A stretch of 62,565 nt of DNA, the filler included, from Chiloscyllium plagiosum (Eukaryota): NCBI RefSeq assembly GCF_004010195.1. It is 4 parts of one record of this genome, joined end to end, with 100 filler letters (N's around TTAATTAATTAA, not from the genome) between each part and the next. Parts side by side here need not be neighbours in the genome. Positions count along the whole stretch, not along the records: positions 41,726 to 51,542 come from NC_057713.1; positions 51,643 to 62,565 come from NC_057713.1; 2 more parts are not named here. The stretch is one strand, 5' to 3'. Shown here one piece after another: positions 49,632 through 62,322 of the stretch (position 1 is the first letter of the stretch; every line of letters starts with the position of its first letter). The notes beneath the pieces were generated by a model. That model was not told where the DNA came from, did not search any database, and worked only from the letters and a program-made list of their open reading frames with translations. The position numbers and the translations under genes were made by a program.

Positions 49632-50849
49632 AATACACGTTCACTTAAGCATAACTCGTTCAACCTTTTAAACGCAACCTTCTTTCATTGAGTGCTTGAT
49701 GGCAAGAAAACCCTTTCACCTCCAACACTTTTCTAGCTAATTCTTCATAACAGTAATGGAACAACTATGTGTGGCTTACAGCAGCATTATGGGAGCACGG
49801 TCTTACAAACACGTTAACGATGCCAACTCTTGGGACTCAAACTTAGCCTTTTAAATTAATAGAAGCACCAGTGTTGTCAATAATTATTTTGTGCCAATAT
49901 GTTTGGTTAGCAGTATCCCTCCCAGAAAAAAATCAGCAAATATGAAAATGAAGTTTATGAAATAAATTATGCAATGCAAGAAATGAGAATGAAAGAAATG
50001 AAAATCATTTCAAATTTAATGCCTACCTTTTTTGCTAGCATCTCATTTGTCAAGTGAATACTGAATCACTAGCAAAAGTGCCACTGGCAAAAAAAAGTTA
50101 ATTTCAGACACTAGCACCAAGTGAATACTATTTTCTGATTCTCCTAAAAATCAACTGTACCATTCTCATGCAGGCTACCTGCGGGTAATCTTATTAGCTG
50201 CATAAGATAGTAAATCAAATGTCCCACTGACTAAAGCAATTTGAGTTTTCTTTCCCTTGCAGTACTAACTTGTTGTACAAGTCACCTCTGCAGAACCTCA
50301 ACTAAATTATAGAGACTCCTCACAGCTGTAGCACTAAACTTCTCTTTCCAACAGAACTACAAAGGATTTTCTCAGCTCTATAGGCACTACATACAAAACT
50401 GTGACTGGCAATTAGCTTGGTCTCTTTGACAATGGCCACTGCAGAGCTTCACTTCTCAGCCTGAGCTGTAAGGTGTCAGATTTGCTGATGTGTAACAGTT
50501 TTATGGGGTTGTTAACGATGTCAGCAAGTTTGATATCATTAAGATGTTGGTCAAAACATCTGTTTACATAAAACTGAATGGGTTTTGAGACTCAGTAAAG
50601 CTAATAAACAGCAAGTGTATTGTGTTGTAGTCACTCTGGCTTACTATGCAAACAAACCAAACTGTAGCCATTACCTGACTGTGTCAGCATGTAACTACTG
50701 TAGATTTTAAATCAAGCTTTCTCAGCATGCTACCAATAATCTTCCACATCCATTAGATCCAAGTTAAGATCACAACCTGATCTTCCTATAACCATTATTA
50801 AACTTAGTTAAATCATTGAGAAACTTGTGTGTATCAATCTCATTGGTGC

Positions 50850-51132
50850 ACAGACATTTTCAAGTGTATTTGCAGCCATGTATTCATAACAGAAACCTGC
50901 ATGTCATTCTAAAAGATGAAAGACTTAACAGCAATCTAGGTTTATTCAATGTATCGTATCAGTTACGTGACACAGATCTTTTGCTATAAATTCTGTATCT
51001 TATGACCCTGCCCCACAAGCGAGCTGATGAAGGAGCAGCGCTCAAAGTTATTACTTCCGAATAAACCTGTTAGACTAGGTGTTGAGAGATTTTTAACTTT
51101 GTCCACCCCAGTCCAACACCAGCACCACCATC
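50850..51132 (+). mobile_element. PLE family A terminus, hammerhead core with small deletion
   Basis: ctataaattctgt..CTGATGAAGGAGCAGCGCTC-AAAG..aaacctgtt..ccagtccaacacc. Confidence 0.8.
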
Positions 51133-51394
51133 TCAGGACCTTAATATGCTGAATGCCTAGATATCCCTCTGTGATTAGACAACTCCCTGCCCAAGCCCTT
51201 TCAACCTCGGTCTGATTCCATCTTATCTGAGATCGCCATTCCCTTCACCCAGGCCTTATCCCTGGAACCAAATGTTCCTGTCTAAATCTACCATTTTGGT
51301 GCCGACTTCCAGTGCAGTCTCCCATCTGAGTCCCCCAAGCCCCTTGCTCTTGACTGGTCAACTAAGTGGTTTTTTCCGGCCAAAAAGAGTCACA

Positions 51395-51542
51395 CAGAGA
51401 GAGAGCAAGAGAGAAAGCGCAAGAGAGAGGGAGAGCGGTGAGCGAGAGAGCACAAGCGAGAAAGCAAGAGAGCAAGCGAGAGACAGAACGCGCGAGCGAG
51501 GGCGGGGGAGGGGAGGGAGGTGGGTCGCGGGGGGGGTCGGGG
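51395..51542. repeat. GA/GAGC-rich low-complexity tract ending in G runs at a contig end
   Basis: Seen directly. Confidence 0.85.
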
Positions 51543-51642
51543 NNNNNNNNNNNNNNNNNNNNNNNNNNNNNNNNNNNNNNNNNNNNTTAATTAATTAANN
51601 NNNNNNNNNNNNNNNNNNNNNNNNNNNNNNNNNNNNNNNNNN
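51543..51642. other. Assembly linker N44-TTAATTAATTAA-N44
   Basis: Same 100-nt block as the other two. Confidence 0.95.
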
Positions 51643-52535
51643 GACAGCGAAGAGGGTTACCTCAGATTACAACAGGATCTGGACCAGATGGGCCAATGGG
51701 CTGAAAAGTGGTAGATGGAGTTTAATTCAGATAAATGCGAGGTGCTGCATTTTGGGAAAGCAATTCTTAGCAGGACTTATACACTTAATGGTAAGGTCCT
51801 AGGGAGTGTTGCTGAACAAAGAGACCTTGCAGTGCAGATTCATAGCTCCTTGAAAGTGGCGCTGCAGGTAGATAGGATAGTGAATAAGGCGTTTGGTATG
51901 CTTTCATTTATTGGCCAGAGTATTGAGTACAGGAGTTGGGGGGTCATGTTGCGGCTGTACAGGACATTGGTTAGGCCACTGTTGGAATATTGCGTGCAAT
52001 TCTGGTCTCCTTCCTATTGGAAAGATGTTGTGAAACTTGAAAGGGTTCAGAAAAGATTTACAAGGATGTTGCCAAGGTTGAGGATCTGAGCTACAGGGAG
52101 AGGCTGAACAGGCTGGGGCTGTTTTCCCCGGAGCATTCGGAGGCTGAGGGGTGACCTTATAGAGGTTTACACAATTATGAGGGGCATGGATAGGATAAAT
52201 AGACAAAGTCTTTTCCCTGGGGTTAGAGAGTCCAGAACTGGAGGGCATAGGTTTAGGGTGAGAGGGGAAAGATATAAAAGAGACCTAAGGGGCAACTTTT
52301 TCACGCAGAGGGTGGTACGTGTATGGAATGAGCTGCGAGAGGATGTGGTGGTGGAGGCTGGTACAATTGCAACATGTAAGAGTCATTTGGATGGGAATAA
52401 GAATAGGAAGGGTTTGGAGGGATATGGGCCGGGTGCTGGCAGGTGGGACTAGATTGGGTTGGGATATTTGGTCGGCATGGACCGGTTTGACTGAAGGGTC
52501 TATTTCCATGCCATACATCTCTAAGACTCTATGAC
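51643..52535 (+). mobile_element. CR1 (HER1-type) 3' part, same subfamily as 1-978
   Basis: Near-identical to 83-978; MEFNSDKCEV..LVRPLLEYC. Confidence 0.95.
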
Positions 52536-53480
52536 ACATATGTTTTGTCAATATCTGCTTATAAATTGATTGTTTTATCTGGCTTTTCCTAGTATGATGT
52601 GAACTCGACCATATCTGGCTTGAAGTTGACTCTAAGATGCTCTTCAAAAATCTGGAAAATGTCAGGATTTTTGCTTTTGTCATTAGAAATACTTGAGGAT
52701 ATGATGCTTCTTCATCCTTTGCTTCCCAAAGCACTTAGGAGTTTGACTGCGTACCTTCCTCATCAACTCCTTAGTGATCCAGACTAATTTTTAAGTATTA
52801 TTTTATTTTAAGATAGCTGAAATTCTAGCTGCACATGGCATTCATAGCATGAAAATGTATTGGAGTGATGTCTAGTCTCTGCTTTTGTGCCATTTCTGAG
52901 GAAAATAAAATGGCAGAGTTGAGGGATGACTGCACAGGTAATATGAACAATAGTTTGTTTTTTTATTACTGTTTTTGGCTCTATTTCAATCTGGGATCAA
53001 TTTTCCACATTAGAGAGTCTCTTGCAAACTGCTGCTGGTTGAATTGGACACACGATAGCCTCTCCTTTTTTGAGACAGAAAATTTACTTGCAACAGTTCC
53101 TATGTTGCAGTTTCTGCATTTCAGTTCAGTTTTGCCTTTGGTCTTGGTTGTAATTGTAACTTTCACTCTGAACTCCGGTTAGGTGACGAGTAATGACTGT
53201 TAGGAGAGGAACTCTTCACAACTGTCACTGCTGCTATTGCTTTGAATTATCTACCATGAGCTTGCTGTCACTATTAGCTGCCACCAGCTCCTGTTACACA
53301 CTTGTTGTCACTATGACATCGTTTCTTGGGCCAAAACCACTGCCATTATGTCATAATCTGCGTTTTTCCATAAACCAAAAAGACAGAGAGTCTTTTTTTT
53401 GAGACAGCTACCTTGAAGTTTATTAATAGCACTAACCTTTTATAGTGTTTTGCACTGTCAAATTTGGATTTTAAAAAAAT

Positions 53481-53785
53481 CATTCATGGGATGAGGTGTC
53501 ACTGACAGTTTTGAGTCAACCACATTGCTGTGGGTGTGGAGTCATATTTGGCCAGACCAGGTAGAGAAGGCAGTTTCCTTCCCTAAAGGATTTTAGTGAA
53601 CCAGATAGGTTTTTCTGACAATTGACAATGGATTCATGGTCATCACCAGACTCTCTAATTCTAGATATTTATTAAATTCAAATTCCACCACCTGCCATGG
53701 CAGGATTTGAACCCAGGTTCCCAGAACATTTCCTGGGTCTCTAGAGTAACAGTCCAGCAATAATACCATTAGGCCATTGCCTCCC
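53481..53785 (-). mobile_element. tRNA-derived SINE (third family)
   Basis: Minus head ggaggcaatggcctaatggta..gggttcaaatcc; tail cccatgaatga. Confidence 0.8.
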
Positions 53786-56700
53786 ATATAGTCTAGGTTC
53801 TGTGCTTACATTTCATGTATGTAGCTGACTGACTGAACACACTACATTGACTTTAAGCTGAGCAGGGAGTGACTGAAAGTGAGTAACTTCATACCAGAGT
53901 ATCATGTTGTAATATTATCTAACTATCTTTAAAGATTCACTGGCCTGGTATCTATACAATAACATGACTGCACTGTGCACAAACGATGGCGTTTCAAATT
54001 GATGACCTTTTGTGAGACTCTTTGATACATACAAACACTGGACAGGATGTTTCCCTTCCTATGGGTGATGGAATGGATGGCAAATAATTCGACAGGTTGG
54101 CACTGGTGAGATACCCACCATATTCCTGCCACATCGGCAAACACATTCTGGATGGTAAGGTGTATGATCGACCTTCCTGGCTCACTACCATTCTGGTTCT
54201 TAAGTGATCAATTAATGGTCACTTCGGGGCTTCAACCCACTGTCAGCTCAATTTCCTGCAGACCTGGCAGGTGAGAAATGTGATGGCTTTCCCAGAAGGG
54301 AAGACAGGACCATCTGTCTGCCGAATTTGGGGTTTTGTTTTGGGAGTGGAGGGGCATGGGATTGTTGTAATCTTGGGAGCACCCGTGAGGGGAACACTCC
54401 TAGCTACCCCTCTGGCCTTGCCTCCGACATCCCTTGTCACCCACACCCCATAGCCCCCAACCTGTTTATGTCATTCTTCTCTTTCATTGTTGTGACCCTT
54501 ATCCATGAATGGTCAGAAAACAACATTTATTTTCTCATAAGTGCATATTCTAATTGCTGTGCACCTTGCATCTCCAGCAGGGCAGAACTTCCGTTCACAA
54601 TAGGGTGAGAAGCCCATTGGAGAACACGTCATTGGCTAACTGGAGGTAAATCCACTGACTTTTCACTGGTGGCAGTAGGGTATAGTGACATGGAAGATGC
54701 CCATCGCCACATTTTGATAATTTCAACTGTTAACTCAGTTTCTCACTTTGCAGTTGCTGGGCATTTCCAGCCTTTTCTGTTTTCATTTTGATCTATTTGG
54801 GTAATTGAAAGAGAGCAGGGTGGGGACAGTCAGGCAAAATCACCTGGAAAGAGGGGGCTCTGGAGTCCTGAGGGTGTAATCTTACCCACAACCGCATTCC
54901 CACTGCAAAGTACATCTGTAGTCAGGCCTTTCTCTTCTCAAACACACTGTAAAACCCACATGAAAGAGAATAAAGAGGTAAAGATAACACAAGAAGCATG
55001 AAGAGGAGTTGAGGTGAGAGAAGCAGAAGAGGCAAGATTGAGGCTGTCATCAGTGGACAAATACTGAAACTTAGCATGTGTATCAACTAGTAATCCTGCA
55101 GTTTAAATCGAAGATTGTAAAAAAAAAATTACCCTTAAGATAGTTTAGGGCCAAATTTAGACATTACAATTAAGTTGTAGGACCTGTTGCTATTGATAAA
55201 TCAATATGTATATAACTACCTGACTATGGCAGGCACTGGCAAATCAGCATTAGGACTAAGTTTTGCCAGAAGATTTTGGTGCAGTGTAATGGACAAAATG
55301 AATATTTGTTTGTACATTTTTCTCTCATTAAGAAAATGCATTCCTGTCACAACTTGCTCACAGATCCACTCAGATGCTGCAATAAGTAGACCCTGCTCCC
55401 ACGTGCACTCATAAATGTTGCTCATATTTTCCCATTTAAAAAAATCTTCTTGTCATTTTAAATTGATGGAGCTACAATTTCTGAATTGAAAGTGGGGCAA
55501 GCCAGTTCTTTCAGTGGGGACAGGGTATGTAGTCATCTCTGATAAACTGCCCATGTTACAGCTTCCTGAGCTGCTATTGCCCAATGACAGCCATACATGG
55601 GTTGCTACCTCAGTAAGTAATATGAAGCAGCATTACTGACTTTAGGGGTGGCAAAACCCACCAAAAGGGAATGGCTTTTCCCCTGCAACTACAGTTGTAA
55701 TTACAAGTGTTGTTTCCTGAGGTACAGACTAATTGGATCTTACCATCCATTTGATGCAATTCTGCTCCTTAGATGAGTGTTACTAATCCTTCCTGAGATT
55801 GAGCAAGGCTCAATTACAAATTGAATGCAAATCAGACAGGCCTGATCAACCCTATCTGACATTTTTTGATCTTCTGAGACTAACTAGATCACAGAGATTT
55901 AAAGTAGGGTAAAACAAGTGGGCATAGATGTCCAGTTGCAAACCGCTGTGGCCACATTCTGTCTGGGTTTTAGGCTGGACTTTAAGAAACTAAGTGAGGC
56001 CATAACATTGTGACTGCTCTTGTGTGTCACCTACTCTGGGGCTAGTGAACATTCTTCATGCCCTTTCCCACTGACTCAAATGAAAACCTTAGTCTTAGCA
56101 GGATATTCAACAGTGTAAGGCATCACAAGCCATTTTATTTGCAAAGTCATCCCCAGGAGAGTGGAACTGGAGATGGAGAGCCATGACCTGTGCCCCTCTC
56201 CCTGAGATAATTTCTCCAGTGTAACTTTCCTGTTAGAAACGGGATGCCTGGGGAGGATCAGGTCTGCAGTTTTAACTTTTACACAGGAATTTCTTTGGAA
56301 TCTCAGCAATCTATCTTGATGCTGACTGAAAAAACACTACACAGAATCTTCACAGGCCAGCTCTCATGGTGGGAAACCCTCTTGATCAGTTGGAATGCTG
56401 ACTTTTCACTCCTGCGCAAAGGAGGGAATTTTATGATCTCTGGTCAGTTGCTGGCTTGAAAGTGGAGAGATAATTGACAAAATTGTCAAATTTAGAGAGC
56501 AAACCTCAGGACATACAGATGCAATTCAACCCAATCAGGTTCTGGAATTTCCTGACCTTGACCAGATGAGAACTGAGCCAGAGGGCAGGAGAAAAGTGGC
56601 TGTCGTGGAGCACAGCCAGGAGGCCCAGGTTCAAGTCCCACCTCCTCCAGAGACATGTCATATCATCTCTGAACATGTTGGTTAGGAAAATCTCTGTGAG

Positions 56701-58413
56701 AAGATGCAATCATTACCATTAAAGGGGCTGGGCATGGCTGAGACATTATATCATTGTCACTAATTCTTGTAAATAAAAGCATTATGAGCCTACTATCCTG
56801 GGCTCCTGCCCTCCTGAAACGTGGGAAATTTTAACTTTTCATGGTAATATTTTAGTTAGCAAACAGCAGTGAAGTGTATCATCAATGCCTGTGATTTGAC
56901 TGATCGGCCTCCATTCCTGCACCATTGCTGGCTAATTGGATGACAGATCAATCTCGTAAGGAATTAACTCTCAGACCCTGTCAAAGAGGCAGTCACTTCC
57001 GGGTTTGTGGTATGACCCAGAATTGAAACCACCTTCTTATTTCCACCTCGAATGGCAAAATCTGGCCCTCTGAGCTCTGTTCTCTAAATTTGACAGGTTT
57101 ATCAATTATCTCTGTGTTTTCAAGCTTAAATGTCTTTTTTTTGGATAACTTCCTTGAATATAAGCTGCATCCTGTTGTGCCTCTGAGAAACACTTAGTTA
57201 CTCCCTTAAAATTTGGGAATGCTGACAGCTCAGGTGCGCAGATGAACATTGATCAGAGACTGGAGGTGGGGGCTTGTGGGAGGTTGAAAGTAACTTGATT
57301 TTTATGGCTCATGCTCCAACTTGCAGGCAATCACTCAGTGAGCCTTTGCAGCAGAAGGCTATATCTTGACAGTTTATTCAGAATCACAGCAGACAACCTG
57401 TGACAGCATCATTTAAAAGCCTTTTAACTTCTGATTTAACTCTCAGTGAGTTGAATAATTATTAATGCTGTTTTGAGAGTAAGACAGCTTAGTGGCAGGA
57501 TAATAATTTATGCAATATTCGTGAAATCTCCTGCCCACTTGCATTAACCACAGCTTTTGCAATTTTTATTTGATACCATTCATTTTAAGTAGGTTTTAAT
57601 GCTCTGTGAATTTATATTTTAATAGGATGCCTGCTATAAAGAGTGATTTAGTAACAGAGAACTATCAGAGAAGTATCTATCATATGGGTCAGAAATATTT
57701 CCTGTTGATCTCAGTCTGTGCTGTTGGTTTATCTTAATTTGAGGCACATCACCACAAACTCTAGTGTGATGCAGGCATTATTCTGGGTTGGGTTTAGCTC
57801 TCATTTGAACCCCTCCCCCACACAACTCACTGTTTTTGGGATACACACAAAGAGTGCTTTTGGCATTTTATATTGCCTTCCAAAGATAGTCACAATGCTT
57901 TAGTGGAGGAGGGAAAGAAAGGGGAAAAATAATTGGGGTGTACAGGGGTAAAAGGAGCAACTTTTGTAGAAACTCATTATGCTTGAACAATATCTCTAGG
58001 TTTTACTTAGAAGACAGTGCCTGTGTCTATACATGCTTGCGATATGTACTTCCAATAGCATGTTTCAACAAGTTGCTTCTAAACTGACATGACTCACTCT
58101 ATTGTGACTTCATCAGTCCAAGACATTTGCATGAGCTTGTCAGTTTACATTTATATTGGAGTTGGAAAGATTCACATACACCACTCGTTTGTATCAGTGA
58201 GCTAGGATTAATGTGACACAGGTATAAAGACTGACACGATGTGACCCATTGTCCTGCAATCCACCAGTCCAGATCAACTAACTCTGCATGCGTTCAAGAG
58301 CATTCTGATCTCAATACTTAAGTAATTTGCTATGTAAACTTCTTTGAACCATTCTGGTCAAATTGTAAGCCATTTTGTTTTTGCTAATAGTCAGTTCTAT
58401 TTATATAGGATCT

Positions 58414-58478
58414 CAGGATTTAAAAGGCATCTGGATGGGTGTATGAATAGGAAGGGTTTAGGGAGGGATATGGGCCAC
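58414..58478 (+). mobile_element. Tiny CR1 fragment at the ERV truncation point
   Basis: atttaaaaggcatctggatgggtgtatgaataggaagggttt matches about 812-870. Confidence 0.75.
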
Positions 58479-58979
58479 GTGATGCCTAGAGCTTCACTAA
58501 CATTGTCTGTGACTGCTGCGGTAAAGTGAGTGTCTCTGTCACTGTTAATGCTTCCTGGAATTCCAACATCTTTCATGACGCATTTGAGCATTATTCAAGC
58601 ATCGTCTTTCCGTGTGGGGAAGGCTTCTACCCATTTAGAAAATGTGTCAACAATTACCAACATGTACTTAAAACCTTGTTTCGCTGGCATGTGAACAAAA
58701 TAAATCTGTAAATGATTAAAGAGTCTGTCTGGGACTGGTTGATGACCATAATTGACTCAAGGTTTAGCATTTTTATTTTGTAGACACATGAGAGATTTTG
58801 ATAGTAGCGCTTGTGCTGATGCGGCAAAGCCTGGTGTGTACCACGTTTGTTGTACTGCATGTATCATCCCTCCTTTTTGCTGCGTGGTTGACCCCATGGG
58901 TGGCCAGTGCAAGAACATGCAAGGAGGCTTTAGGGCAAATGAAGCTTCTGTCAGGATGCATCATTAGCCATAAAGGGGA

Positions 58980-59117
58980 TTAGTAGAATCAAGGGTTATG
59001 GAGATAAGGCAGGAACAGGATACTGATTAAGGATGATCAGCCATGATCATATTGAATGGTGGTGCAGGCTCGAAGGGCAGAATGGTCTACTCCTGCACCT
59101 ATTGTCTATTGTTTATT
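58980..59117 (+). mobile_element. CR1 3' end inserted in ERV pol
   Basis: Reverse complement of about 40101-40240; CTATTGT tail. Confidence 0.9.
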
Positions 59118-60854
59118 CAGTAGCTCCTATGCACCTCCAGCTGTCTTTTTCGGCTTGTGAAGCATGTTGCTGTGCGCCCCGTATTCTCTCTACTCGATCT
59201 AAAACCTTTGTTGCTTCCGTGCCTTTGGAACTATACTACCCAGACAGTGGGAGCTAAAGCTGCTTGTCTAGCAGCTTGGTCAGCGCAAGCATTTCCTTGG
59301 GCGATTGGGTCATCAGCGACAGTATGGGCGGCGTACTTTATCACAGCTACGGCAGAGGGGAGCATAACAGCCTGTAAGATTGTTGATAAGCAAAGCATGC
59401 TGCAAGGACCTTCCAGAAGAGGTAATAAATCCTCTATGCTTCCACAGGGTTCCAAAATCATGTACCACTCCAACAGCATATTTGGAATCGGTGTAAATGT
59501 TAACAGACCTTTTGTCAGCCGGGACATAGGCTCTGGTAAGGGCAAACAGTTGGACTGCTTGCACAGAAGTCCCTTCTGGCAGCGCAGTGGATTCAAGGGT
59601 TTCAAAAGATGTGCATAATCACATAGTCAGTGAGCACTTGGTGATCTGAGGGCCAAAAAGAGGAGCCGTCTATGAAAAGGATCATGTCTGGGTTGTCTAA
59701 CGGAGTTTCAGAGGGGTCAGGCGCACAGAGTGACAACTTCTGGGACTACATGCAGCCAATCATGGTCCTCTGCCGGGGAGTACTGTATAACAGGGAGAAG
59801 GGTGGCAGGGTTTAAAGCAGGGCACGCGCTGAAACGTAAGATTAGTGCGAGAAAGTAGAACGACCTCATAGCCAGTTCTCGATGATGCTGTAAAATGCTG
59901 AGTTGCTGCTGAATTAAGCAGCAGGGAGACCGAATGAGGAACGGAAACTGTGCAAGGATAATCGAGTACAGTAGGGGTGGACTTTTCTGCCATTACAGCA
60001 GCAGCTGCCACAGCACGTAAACAGGCCGGCATCCCCCTTGCAACAGGTGGTATCTGTACAGAAAAGAAGGCTATAGGGCATCGGAGATCCCCATCCATCT
60101 GCATATCCCACCGTTTTGTTAACGTAACGCTGAAACTGCTGCATATAATCAGAGATGCCCAGAGCAGGCGCTGAGGTTAAGCACCATTTGAGTTCCTGAA
60201 AGGCTTGTGCCATTTCAGGTGTCCAGTTCAACTGGGTCAGCTGGTTTGGTGAGGATACCTGGTGGACAGGCACATCAATGACTTTATAGTCTGGTATCCA
60301 GTGTCTGCAGTAATTCACCATGCCCAAAATTGACAAAAGTTCAGTTTGTGTAGTGGGAAGAGAGAGCTTAACAATGACTGCGATGCGATCTTGGGACAGT
60401 GCTCTGACACTGTGTGAAAGTTAGTAGCCCAGATATTGAACTGTCTTTTGGCAGAGCTATATCTTTTCAACAGAGACCTTTATGTCCATCCTGAGCCAGA
60501 CAGCGGAGCAATGCAACAGTGTCATACATGCAGGCATCAGGTGTACTGGAGGCCATTAATAAATCAACAGCATACAGAACCAAGGTGCTTTTACATGGCA
60601 GGTGGAGGTCTTTCAGGGTCTGGTGTACTGCGGACGCATACACAGTGGGGATCTCCATGTATTCTTGGGGACGCTGTTTCCAAGTATATTGGGGGCCGCC
60701 ATAAGTAAAAGCAAAAAGGTATTACCTGACTGTTAACAATTTAATGGAGAAAACGGCCAAGCAGAGAGCAATGATAGGAAAAACTAGTAAGGATGGCATT
60801 GGTGTCGGGCACCACTGGGAAGCAGGGGACAACAATGACATTGACTGCCCGCAG

Positions 60855-61322
60855 AAAGGATGTTGCCAGAGTTGGAGGATTTGAGCTATAGGAAGAGGTT
60901 GAATAGGCTACGACTGTCTTCTCTGGAGCACGGAGGCTGAGGGGTGACCTTATAGAGGTTTATAAAATCATGAGGGGCATGGGTAGGGAAAATAGACAAG
61001 GTCTTTTCACTGGGTTGGGGAACTAGAAAGCATAGGTTTAGGGTGAGAGGGGAAAGGTATAGAAGAGACATAAGGGGCAACCTTTTCACGCAGAGGGTGG
61101 TGCATGTGTGGAATGAGCTGTCAGAGAAAGTGGTGGAGGCTAGTACAATTGCAACATTTAAAAGTCATCTGGATGGGTATATGAATAGGAAGAGTTTGGA
61201 GGGACATGGGCCGAGTGCTAGCAGGTGGGACTAGATTAGGTTGAGATATCTGGTCGGCATGGACGAGTTGGGCCAAAGGGTCTGTTTCCTCGCTGTACAT
61301 CTCTATAACTCTGACTGTATAT
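60855..61322 (+). mobile_element. CR1 3' part inserted in the ERV RT
   Basis: HER1-type sequence; removing it rejoins WRFVQD-LRAVN. Confidence 0.93.
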
Positions 61323-61769
61323 GTCCTGTACAAATCTCCACCGTAATGATTTTCCTGGCTTAGAAATAGGGAGGATAGAAGTTTTGCAGGGACTAGTGGT
61401 AGGCACCAGAATGCCTTGCCATAGGAGGGAATCAATAACTGGTTTTATACCTTCATTGGCAGCTGGTGACAAATTGTACGGTCTAATAGACAGTAGGATG
61501 ACCCCACGTTTCACAGTGACCGTATGAGGCGGAGCCAATATGACTAGGCCTACATCAATGGAGTGCTGTGCCCATAATGATGATGGTATATTATTGAGTA
61601 ATAAGGGGCCGTCACAGGAGACGGAGGGCGGCGGGGCCTGTAAGGTAAAGGTAGTTTCTTCAGATGAGGGAAAACAATGCAAGCAAAACTCCTTCTGCCC
61701 TACGCTGGCAATCTGCATGGAGTCGGGATCTGCAGGGCCCAGGACTTTAAATTCTTTTGGCAGACTGCA

Positions 61770-62110
61770 GAGTCTATGTACCATGGACCCCAAATCCTTC
61801 AGGTGTCACGGGGCTTTACAATGATTGAAACATGAGGAAGTGAGGCAGGGTTATTTCAGAAAAGCGGTAGGTGTTCGGCATTGAACCAAAGTTCAGCAGC
61901 TAATCCTTCATTACCAGCGTAATAAAATGTCAGTGTGGAAGGCAGATTGAGGTGGGGTCTGCAATAGTGGAATAACATGGGTCAGGGTCGGTAAGGTCAG
62001 TGGCAGGCTGCTTTCTGTGCAAGCTTCGCTGCACTATCTGAATGATCCAACGAAGGAAGGCAGTAGTGGGGGACAGTGGGGTATGCAACAAATGTGGGAG
62101 GAAAGAGGTA
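61770..62110 (-). pseudogene. 2H-phosphodiesterase (CNPase-like) domain remnant between ERV protease and RT
   Basis: Across frameshifts: SLH(RK)..DPDPCY / FYYAGNEGLAAELWFNAEHLPLF*NNPASLPHVSIIVKPRDT / KDLGSMV; H-x-S His codon at 61832-61834, candidate first His at 62017-62019. Confidence 0.62.
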
Positions 62111-62322
62111 AGATAAGAGTGGAAAGGGTTGCCCAGGAATGTCAATACATAAAGTGAAGGAGTAGGAGAGGACGGAGGTGGAAGAGCGTTCATGGCGGCC
62201 TGTAAAAAGGGGTAATTAGAGTCAGGGAGCTCCAAGGTGAGACCCTGTGGAGAGCAAAAAATGGAGGCATTCAGCTTGTAAAGCATCTGGCGGCCAAGAA
62301 GGACAACCGGACAGGAAGGAGA

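Larger units (their letters stand above)
58476..62322 (-). mobile_element. pol: Decayed endogenous retrovirus pro-pol, epsilon-like class I (PR, insert, RT, tether, RNase H, IN)
   Basis: PR end CPVVLLGRQML; RT ILPISKPGKSLRWRFVQD|LRAVN and LYAVDLL; LGMVNYCRHWIPDY; tether LTSAPALG, PIAFFS..PVARGMPACLRAVAA; RNase H LFIDGSS, NIYTDSKYAVGVVHDFGTLWKHRGF, GNACADQAA; IN LVIVDTFSKWVEAFP, GIPGSINSDRDTHF. Many frameshifts; no gag, env or LTR visible. Confidence 0.92.

Noticed and set aside
51272..51598. Arg/Glu-rich ORFs
   Set aside because: Translation of a GA microsatellite running into the N linker.
52910..52943. AAAATGGCAGAG...ACAG|GTAATA mini first exon (MAELRDDCT)
   Set aside because: Short enough to arise by chance; no promoter support.
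54200..54450. Possible micro-exon (cctgcag-ACCTGGCAG-gtgaga)
   Set aside because: Sits in sequence resembling an old repeat (cttaagtgatcaattaatggtcactt, similar to about 20185-20220); no coding support.
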